From Candidatus Bathyarchaeota archaeon (GTDB lineage Archaea; Thermoproteota; Bathyarchaeia; TCS64), in contig CAVYLP010000006.1 in NCBI GenBank assembly GCA_963769425.1, positions 704,001 to 768,000 on the forward strand: DNA of 64,000 nucleotides, written 5' to 3'. This document shows, piece after piece, positions 21,991-29,420 of the stretch. Both the position numbers and the translations under genes were made by a program. The notes under the pieces were generated by a model. That model was given only the letters and a program-made list of their open reading frames with translations, had not been told where the DNA came from and did no database searches. How positions within the stretch are numbered: position 1 is the first letter of the stretch; each line of letters starts with the position of its first letter.

Positions 21991-22533
21991 ATGTCTAATA
22001 TCGTTGCGAAAATAAAAATTGACAAGAATTTAGGTATCATTGAAGTCGAAGGGACAGAAATATTCGTTAAAGAAATGATTGAAAAATATGGAACTTTAAT
22101 TCTTACATCAGTGAAAAAGCCTGACATACCCCCAAAAGCTCCTCCAGAACAAGGTAAACCAGAAGGAGTAAAGCGTCGTAAGCCAGCAACAGTGTCTGTA
22201 GAAGCTGTAGAAATCGACCTAAATTCCGGAGCGAATTACTCCTCATTAAAGGACTTCTATAACACGAAACAGCCAGAATCTTTCATTGAAAAGACAACGT
22301 TGTTTACATACTACCTAAAGCAATTCAAAGAGATTCAAGAAGCAACTCCCGGCCATTTACTAACATGTTATCGGAGCGTAGGTTCAAAACTTCCTAAGAA
22401 TATTCCTCAAACAATTTTAGATGCAAAACAGAAAGGTTGGCTAGCACCTGATTCAAGTGTCAATAGTGCAAAAATTGGTAACATTGGAATTAATTTAATT
22501 GAACATGAATTACCAAAACGGAAAGAAAAATAG
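21991..22533 (+). CDS. Hypothetical protein: short beta/alpha N-domain plus predicted winged-helix C-domain
   Basis: KIKIDKNLGIIEVEG; SLKDFYNTKQP...FTYYL...KGWL...GINLIE pattern. Confidence 0.7.
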   Translation: MSNIVAKIKIDKNLGIIEVEGTEIFVKEMIEKYGTLILTSVKKPDIPPKAPPEQGKPEGVKRRKPATVSVEAVEIDLNSGANYSSLKDFYNTKQPESFIEKTTLFTYYLKQFKEIQEATPGHLLTCYRSVGSKLPKNIPQTILDAKQKGWLAPDSSVNSAKIGNIGINLIEHELPKRKEK

Positions 22534-22535
22534 AT

Positions 22536-23450
22536 TCACTTAATTTTATCTATTACTTCTTGAATCCAATTTATTCCTCTTGAGGTTATGATTACTTTAT
22601 TTCCACTTCTAGTTATTAATTTTCTACCATTCATATTTGATAATTGTGTTGATAAATGTTCTACCTCATGACCGCTCTTTTTCAATAAAGTATCTAATAA
22701 GTCAAAGCTATAATCGAATTTGGTAAAACCAAGAGCGTATAGTATTATTCCGATTCCTTCCAACTGATTTAAACTCTTATCGGTAATAATTATTGGACCA
22801 TCCCGCTCGAATCTTATAATCGAGGAGGGAATTACAGGAAATAATAGCACTTCATTTAGTGCCTCAAATAAAATTGTTTGGAAATTTAGAGAAATTATAT
22901 CGATACCTAAGGCATTGAGAAAATCATTTGCTAAAAACTCCAAATGATTTATCAATACATATATCGAACCAACTATAGAAAAAACCGCATCTGTACGTTC
23001 TGATATTGGTCCATAATGAGCGGCTGTTTTTCTATTTCGTATAGTATAAAAATTATTCCAAGATGTAGGTAGTATTTTCTTAATACGAATATCCGTATAT
23101 CTTGTTTGATTTACAAATTCTCTAGATGTTGTTTCCTCGTCATTTTTAGTGGGGAATGAATTACCAAAGACAATTGGATATAATGATTTATACGAACCTT
23201 CACATGTTACACCTCCATCTAAAACCACGTGAGAATATTGACTAGGACCTTGTCTTATCCCAATTAACCCAGTTAAAACTGGGTGCAAGGGGGCAACTAT
23301 TGCTATGGCTAAATCCGGGTTTGTAGGAAAAACTGAATCACCAATACTTCTTAATCTTGTAAATAAAACAAATACTGATTCCGGACAAGAGGAATCACCT
23401 AATGTTCTATCAAGTACCTTAAGAATATCTGAATATGAGGGTAATGACAA
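22536..23450 (-). CDS. Putative HEPN/Abi_C-like protein with C-terminal winged helix
   Basis: YTIRNRKTAAHYG (R-x6-H) motif; C-terminal LSTQLSNM...VIITSRGINWI. Confidence 0.55.
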   Translation of the reverse strand: MSLPSYSDILKVLDRTLGDSSCPESVFVLFTRLRSIGDSVFPTNPDLAIAIVAPLHPVLTGLIGIRQGPSQYSHVVLDGGVTCEGSYKSLYPIVFGNSFPTKNDEETTSREFVNQTRYTDIRIKKILPTSWNNFYTIRNRKTAAHYGPISERTDAVFSIVGSIYVLINHLEFLANDFLNALGIDIISLNFQTILFEALNEVLLFPVIPSSIIRFERDGPIIITDKSLNQLEGIGIILYALGFTKFDYSFDLLDTLLKKSGHEVEHLSTQLSNMNGRKLITRSGNKVIITSRGINWIQEVIDKIK

Positions 23451-23453
23451 AGT

Positions 23454-23906
23454 CTATACGGTCCAATAAACCCATTTTCCGTCTTCTTCAGTACCTTTAA
23501 TTTTACCTGATTTCAGCCGATAGTTTAAAGCTGTTCTAACCGTATCGCGTACCTTTTTTCCGGTGGACGGATAGCCTTTATTTTTAAATTCTGATAATAT
23601 TTGGTCCATATCTTTCTTTTGAGGAATTTTCATGAAGTTGCTATTAATGATTTCATCTAGTACTGGTGACAACGTAGCAGTACGTTTTCCTCCACGTTTA
23701 TCCTCCTTTTGAGGCTTTTCGACTTCCTGTTCTCCATCAGCAAGATTAGTAGTTTTTACTGGTTCAGATGTAGAAGTAGCCCAATTAAAGGCCTTTTCAT
23801 AATATTCAAAAATCTTTTCTTCTGAGCCTTCTAAAGATATTTCTTTTTCTCCGACCTTGACTTTAAAATTAGCTTTTGATTTTTCTTCCATGATTACTAT
23901 ATGCAT
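23454..23906 (-). CDS. Hypothetical protein: N-domain resembling 21991..22533 plus HTH-like C-domain
   Basis: FKVKVGEKEISLEGSEE; VRTALNYRLKSGKIK...WVYW. Confidence 0.7.
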   Translation of the reverse strand: MHIVIMEEKSKANFKVKVGEKEISLEGSEEKIFEYYEKAFNWATSTSEPVKTTNLADGEQEVEKPQKEDKRGGKRTATLSPVLDEIINSNFMKIPQKKDMDQILSEFKNKGYPSTGKKVRDTVRTALNYRLKSGKIKGTEEDGKWVYWTV

Positions 23907-24054
23907 TCACAGATGTATTTAATTTTTAACTTCAAGTATAACATATCCCAGTTTTATGTAGATAGGTGATATATAAGAAGAATTAAAGAGTGATAGAATA
24001 GGGATAATAAAAGCCTATTAATATAGATGGTATTATATTAAAGGGAATAAATAG

Positions 24055-24584
24055 ATGGATAAAAGGAGTTAAACTTATCCTAGATGCTTATAGAAATTAT
24101 CTAGGCATGGAAAAAGTATGTATCCTACTAAGAGATAAAGAGGGGGGATACGAAAAATTATCCTTACTATGAATCCGACATTGAGGGGGTAGTACTGACG
24201 TCAGGAAACACAGTAAGCACAGGAGTACTTACTACCCTAGGGTTTTGGGAGATAAACGTACTAATCTCTACAAAGAAGGGTCAGCCGATAGCCGTTCGAA
24301 AGAACCTGAAGGATGACAGTTACGTAGAAACTAGGGTAAGCCAGTATAAGGTGTCAGTAGACGGAAGAGGCAAGATAATTACGCGGAATATCGTAGCCTC
24401 AAAGTGCATCGGACAGAATGAGCTGTTGCGCAAGTACGGTTTGGTCGAGCTTGATTACGATAACGTCATGGGTAGGCTATCGAAGCTTGAGGATGATTCC
24501 CCAACTAGGTACAGGAGTAGGCTGAATGGGATGGAGGGCAATTTTACGGATTCGTACTTAGCTCTTTTCACATACTTGCTATGA
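24055..24584 (+). pseudogene. cas1: Truncated, frameshifted solo cas1 (N-terminal ~170 codons)
   Basis: Joined frames read VKLILDAYRNYLGMEK...VVLTSGNTVSTGVLTTLGFWEINVLISTKKGQPIA...TRVSQY...IVASKCIGQNELL...LNGMEGNFTDSY; stops just after the first catalytic Glu (EG). Confidence 0.75.
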
Positions 24585-24727
24585 ACTCTCAGAAAAACTA
24601 AACCCTTTTAACCCTCAGACTACCCCAATCTCCCAGTCACAAGAGAATCCCGCATGTTTTGGCTCGAAGCCCAAGCGGCCACGACGACAACTACAAGCCG
24701 AATTCCAGTGACCAAGGAGACCAAAAC

Positions 24728-26062
24728 ATGCAGATAACATCATTCGATCAGCTCCACCTATCCCCAGAGATCATGCAGGCCATAGCCGACATGGGCTGGG
24801 AGACCCCCACACCCATACAGGCCGAGGCCATGGCGCCCCTACTAGATGGTAGGGACGTACTCGGACAGGCACAGACCGGAACCGGCAAGACAGCCGCCTT
24901 CGGCATCCCAATGATAGAGCGAATAGACACCAAACTAAAGACCGTCCAGGGCCTAGTACTCGCCCCCACACGCGAACTCGCAGTCCAGATCGCCGACCAC
25001 CTCAACGCCCTCGCCGCCCACAAGAACATAAAGGCCACCGCCATCTACGGCGGCGAACCAATACAGAAGCAGACACGCGCCCTAAAACAGGGCACATCTA
25101 TAGTCGTCGGCACCCCCGGCCGCATCCTCGACCACCTCGGCCAGGGCACACTAAACCTACGCAACGTCACCGTCGCAGTCCTAGACGAGGCCGACCGCAT
25201 GCTCGACATGGGCTTCATCCCCGACATCAAGCGCATACTCAGCAACACCCCGAAGGAGAAGCAGCTAAGCCTCTTCAGCGCCACACTCGACAACAACGTC
25301 CTCCAGCTCAGCAAGGAGTTCATGCACCACCCACTCAAGATCATAGTCAGCCGCGACGAGATCGCCGTCACCCAGATAGCACAACGCTTCGTCGAAGTAG
25401 AACCACGCGACAAGTTCCAGGCACTCACAAAGATACTCGACACGCAGCACGTGGAACGCGCCATAATCTTCGCCAGGACACAACGCGGCGCACAACGCCT
25501 AGCAAAGATGCTTCACGACCGCGGCTACGACGCCAGACCACTACACGGCGGCCTAACACAGCCCCAGCGCGACTCCGTCACCGAACAGTTCAGGGCAGGT
25601 AAGCTCCGAATCCTCGTCGCAACAGACGTAGCCGCACGAGGCCTCGACATCAGCAACATCACCCACATAATCAACCACAACATCCCCGAGGACCCCGCCA
25701 ACTACTTCCACCGAATCGGCAGAACAGCCCGCATGGAAAAAGAGGGCACATCCATAAGCCTCACCGCCCCCGACGAGCTAAAGGACCTCAAACGAATAAT
25801 GGCCATGACCAAGACACGCATAACCCCCCTCGCCCTCGACATCACACCCACCGAGGCCCCCGCGGCAACCAAATGCGCAAAATGCGGCAAAACCTTCGTA
25901 CCCACCTTCACCCCCCCACCAAACTCGCTCCCCTACTGCCCCACCTGCTACAAAACCCACCAGAACAGACGAAGACCCACCGAACCCGGCGCCGAGCGCA
26001 GAACCCCCACGGGCCCCCGCCGCTACACCCCACACGCGAGAACATACCGCCCCAGATTCTAA
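24728..26062 (+). CDS. DEAD-box RNA helicase with C-terminal CxxC-x17-CxxC zinc domain
   Basis: Q motif, AQTGTGKT, PTRELA, DEADRM, SAT, HRIGRTAR; CAKC...YCPTC. Confidence 0.95.
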   Translation: MQITSFDQLHLSPEIMQAIADMGWETPTPIQAEAMAPLLDGRDVLGQAQTGTGKTAAFGIPMIERIDTKLKTVQGLVLAPTRELAVQIADHLNALAAHKNIKATAIYGGEPIQKQTRALKQGTSIVVGTPGRILDHLGQGTLNLRNVTVAVLDEADRMLDMGFIPDIKRILSNTPKEKQLSLFSATLDNNVLQLSKEFMHHPLKIIVSRDEIAVTQIAQRFVEVEPRDKFQALTKILDTQHVERAIIFARTQRGAQRLAKMLHDRGYDARPLHGGLTQPQRDSVTEQFRAGKLRILVATDVAARGLDISNITHIINHNIPEDPANYFHRIGRTARMEKEGTSISLTAPDELKDLKRIMAMTKTRITPLALDITPTEAPAATKCAKCGKTFVPTFTPPPNSLPYCPTCYKTHQNRRRPTEPGAERRTPTGPRRYTPHARTYRPRF

Positions 26063-26077
26063 GTTCCGATCCCGTAT

Positions 26078-26269
26078 TCAGTTGGGGTTCTTTGGGATCA
26101 AAATCCATGCGACTATGTAGGCTAAAATGCCAATGCCGTAGATCAGCGATAAGATGACCCATAGGACCCTAATGATTGTGGGGTCCAAGTTGAGGTATTC
26201 GGCTACTCCGCCGCAGACGCCTGCGAGCCACTTCTTATTTGAACGATACAGCTTCTTTGGGCTATCCAT
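26078..26269 (-). CDS. PspC domain protein
   Basis: KKLYRS..LAGVCGGVAEY..DPTIIR, YIVAWILIP. Confidence 0.92.
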   Translation of the reverse strand: MDSPKKLYRSNKKWLAGVCGGVAEYLNLDPTIIRVLWVILSLIYGIGILAYIVAWILIPKNPN

Positions 26270-26319
26270 ACTTTAGACTGTGTCTAGGTGGATTGTATTA
26301 TAGATGTTGGTTACATTGG

Positions 26320-26515
26320 AACCTTCTTCATTTCGACTGTTGGGATGTACATGCGATGAGCTATCAGGGCTAGGCGATAAAACGGCCCATCTGTGATCTA
26401 CCCAGGGTGAGGTTCGTTAGTCCCCTAAACCGAGCTTCCAACACCCGCCACCAAGAGGGGTCATTAGCTTCAAAGATTAAAAATACTAACCTTCTTCATT
26501 TCGACTATTGGGATG
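26320..26515. repeat. Two copies of a 28-bp direct repeat (26320-26347 and 26488-26515)
   Basis: AACCTTCTTCATTTCGACT(G/A)TTGGGATG, one mismatch. Confidence 0.85.
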
Positions 26516-26598
26516 ACCAGCGTTGAAGCCATCATGGCTAAACCACTGCCTGAATTCAAAGGGAAAACGCGGGAATTCTTAAATCCCCAAAAATTCCA

Positions 26599-26868
26599 AT
26601 GATAATCAAGATGGTCAGAAAGGCGTTAATCCTAGGCGAAATCGACAGCAAGGCAACCGGTGTTAAAACCAGCGAGGTCCTCGCGAAGATATCAGCCCTC
26701 AACGGCGTAAAGGACGCCGAGTACATCGCCGGGCCCCACGACTTCTACATAATCGCCGAGGTCGATGATCAGGAAAAGCTCAACAACATAGTCACCTCCC
26801 TCCGAGGGATGGAGGGGATAAAGGAGACCATGACCTGCCTCGTCCTTCCCTCGAAGCAAAAAAAGTGA
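26599..26868 (+). CDS. Stand-alone Lrp/AsnC ligand-binding (RAM) domain protein
   Basis: GVKDA..IAGPHDF, LRGMEGIKETMTC; no HTH. Confidence 0.85.
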   Translation: MIIKMVRKALILGEIDSKATGVKTSEVLAKISALNGVKDAEYIAGPHDFYIIAEVDDQEKLNNIVTSLRGMEGIKETMTCLVLPSKQKK

Positions 26869-26944
26869 TCTTCACCCATCTCCAACCCTCCAACGGGAAA
26901 ATAGTAATAAATACTGTAATTACAAACACAGATAGGGGAGCCAC

Positions 26945-27181
26945 ATGGAGCGCGCAATAATACTAATCAAGGTAGACCCAAGAATCGAGAAGCAGGTCCT
27001 CGACGAAATCAGACACCTCCACGGCGTCAAGGAAGCCCACTACCTCTACGGCCCATACGACATAAGCGCGAAGATCGAGGTCAAGACCCTTGAGGACATG
27101 GAGGACCTCGTCCTCAACAGGATCAGGGAAATATACGGCGTCTCAACGACGATGACCTGCTACATTGCAGACGAGAGCTAG
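26945..27181 (+). CDS. Stand-alone Lrp/AsnC ligand-binding (RAM) domain protein
   Basis: GVKEAHYLYGPYDI, IREIYGVSTTMTC. Confidence 0.9.
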   Translation: MERAIILIKVDPRIEKQVLDEIRHLHGVKEAHYLYGPYDISAKIEVKTLEDMEDLVLNRIREIYGVSTTMTCYIADES

Positions 27182-28569
27182 CCGCACTTCTTCATGACAT
27201 ACTCATGAATCGCCCTAGCGGCCTTCTTCCCCGCCCCCATTGCGCTAATCACGGTCGCCGCCCCACTCACCACATCCCCGCCTGCGTAGACCCCCTCAAG
27301 GGTCGTCCCCATGGTCTCTTCATCCACGACAATCGTTCCGTGACGGCTCACCTCAAGACCCACCGTCGTCTGCTGGATGATGGGATTCGGGGATTGCCCA
27401 ACCGCGACCACCGCATTATCCACATCGATGAAGAAGTTCGACCCCTCAACAGGCACAGGCCTCCGCCTACCCGATGAGTCGGGTTCTCCTAGCTGCATCT
27501 TCACACACTCCATCTTCGACAGGTACCCCCGGGAGTCACCAACAAAACTCACCGGGTTCGTCAACAACTCGAAGACGACCCCCTCCTCCCTGGCGTTCTC
27601 AACCTCCTCATGCCGCGCCGGCAGCTCCTCCAGCCCCCTCCTGTAGACGATGTACACCTTCTCCGCGCCGAGCCTTAGTGCGCATCTCGCAGAGTCCATC
27701 GCCACGTTCCCGCCACCGATCACCGCAACCCTCTTCCCAACCTGAATAGGGGTCCGATACTCCGGGAACTTGTACGCCTTCATCAGATTGGTGCGAATCA
27801 GAAACTCGTTAGCGGAGTACACACCATTCAGGTTCTCACCGGGGACCTCCAGAAAGTTAGGGAGTCCAGCGCCGCTACCGATGAAGACGGCGTCGAAGCC
27901 GCCCCTCAGCAGCTCAGAGACGGTGGCGAGCCTCCCCACGGTAGAGTCAAGATGCATCCTTACACCAAGCCTCTTAACGTACTCAACCTCGGCCTGAACG
28001 ATCTCCTTGGGGAGCCTAAACTGGGGGATACCGTACATGAGCACCCCCCCCGCTTTGTGAAGGGACTCGTAGACGTCTACCTCGTGGCCGAGCTTCACAA
28101 GTTCCGCCGCAACGGTGAGTCCAGCCGGCCCGGAACCGACAACAGCTATACGCTTCCCGGTTTGGGAGGCGATCTCAGGCATCTCGACGCCGCTCTCCCT
28201 CTCCTGGTCTGAGACGAAGCGCTCGAGGCGCCCAATAGCCACCGGGTCCCCCCTTACCCCGAGAACGCAGCTCTTCTGGCACTGCTCCTCCTGGGGGCAG
28301 ACTCTGCCACAGATGGCTGGGAGCGCATTCATCTTCTTGATCCTGTGGGCGGCATCTATGATCTTCCCCTCCTTTACAAGGCGGATGAAGCCCGGTATGT
28401 CCACTCCGACGGGGCAACCAGGGACACACTGTGGCTTCGGGCAGGTGAGGCACCTAGATGCCTCTGCTGCCGCCATACCCTCGTCGTATCCACTCGCCAC
28501 CTCATCGAAGTTATGGGTCCTCTCCTCGGGACTCTGCTTCGGCATCTCAACCTGTGGGCCGATCGGCAT
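27178..28569 (-). CDS. NfnB/NfnL-like (GltD/SudA family) NADPH-dependent flavo-FeS large subunit
   Basis: RCLTC..CVPGCP, CGRVCPQE, GSGPAG, GGGNVAMD, VYRR, AGGD. Confidence 0.92.
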   Translation of the reverse strand: MPIGPQVEMPKQSPEERTHNFDEVASGYDEGMAAAEASRCLTCPKPQCVPGCPVGVDIPGFIRLVKEGKIIDAAHRIKKMNALPAICGRVCPQEEQCQKSCVLGVRGDPVAIGRLERFVSDQERESGVEMPEIASQTGKRIAVVGSGPAGLTVAAELVKLGHEVDVYESLHKAGGVLMYGIPQFRLPKEIVQAEVEYVKRLGVRMHLDSTVGRLATVSELLRGGFDAVFIGSGAGLPNFLEVPGENLNGVYSANEFLIRTNLMKAYKFPEYRTPIQVGKRVAVIGGGNVAMDSARCALRLGAEKVYIVYRRGLEELPARHEEVENAREEGVVFELLTNPVSFVGDSRGYLSKMECVKMQLGEPDSSGRRRPVPVEGSNFFIDVDNAVVAVGQSPNPIIQQTTVGLEVSRHGTIVVDEETMGTTLEGVYAGGDVVSGAATVISAMGAGKKAARAIHEYVMKKCG

Positions 28570-29420
28570 CAGACTACCCCCCTCTCCCTTAGGACCATCG
28601 CGATCTTCTCCTGAGGCGTGTAGTACCTCATCCTCGAGACGAGCTCATCGAAGTCGACAGCGTGGCCATCGAAATCGGGGCCGTTGACGCAGGCGAACCT
28701 TGTGTGCCCGCCAACGGTCACCCTACAGGCACCGCACATCCCGGTCCCGTCAACCATTATTGGGAATAGGCTGACAGTAGTCGGTATACCCAATGGCCTC
28801 GTTAGGTCGCAGACAAACCTCTGCATACTAGTTGATCCTATTGTGAAGACGTGGTCGAACCGCCTTTTAGCGAGGAGCCCTTTGAGGAGCCCGAAGCCCT
28901 CCCCGTCTTCAGCGACGATGGACTCGTCGCTCGCCTTCCTCGCTTCTTCGACCATGAAGAGCTGGTCAGGGGTCCTCGCCCCAATCACTGAGACGACCCT
29001 GTTCCCTGCTTCCTTGAGGGCCTTAACGAGGAAAACGTGAGCACCCACGAAAACGCCGTTAGCGACGCAGAGGACATCTCCGTATCCCTTTACCTCCGTC
29101 GGGTTCCCGAGGGGGCCCGAGAGGTTGAGGATACTGTCACCTACCTGGAGGGCTCCGAGCTGCTGCGACGAGGCCCCAACCTCTGCAATGTACAAAGTGA
29201 TAGTTCCCTTTCGGGGGTGTGTCCCACCGAGGGTTATCGGGATCCTCTCCCCCATTTCATCCACCCTGACGATGACGAACTGACCCGGCTTCGCCCGTTT
29301 CGAGACAGCATCCGCCTCGACCTCGAGCATCTTCACATTCGGGGTCATGGTCCGCTTCTTGACTATCTTGTAGGGCTGAGTGTTACTGAAGGGGGCGCTA
29401 CACTGCCCTTTATGGCTCAT
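28569..29420 (-). CDS. NfnA/NfnS-like (SudB/PyrK family) FAD/[2Fe-2S] small subunit
   Basis: PGQFVIVR, ERIPIT, GPLG, MVDGTGMCGACRV...ACVNGP. Confidence 0.9.
   Translation of the reverse strand: MSHKGQCSAPFSNTQPYKIVKKRTMTPNVKMLEVEADAVSKRAKPGQFVIVRVDEMGERIPITLGGTHPRKGTITLYIAEVGASSQQLGALQVGDSILNLSGPLGNPTEVKGYGDVLCVANGVFVGAHVFLVKALKEAGNRVVSVIGARTPDQLFMVEEARKASDESIVAEDGEGFGLLKGLLAKRRFDHVFTIGSTSMQRFVCDLTRPLGIPTTVSLFPIMVDGTGMCGACRVTVGGHTRFACVNGPDFDGHAVDFDELVSRMRYYTPQEKIAMVLRERGVV

Larger units (their letters stand above)
21900..24590. mobile_element. AT-rich, probably horizontally acquired island (three hypothetical genes plus a cas1 relic)
   Basis: Visibly much more AT-rich than the flanks; genes unrelated to neighbours; no integrase or terminal repeats found. 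Confidence 0.6.
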
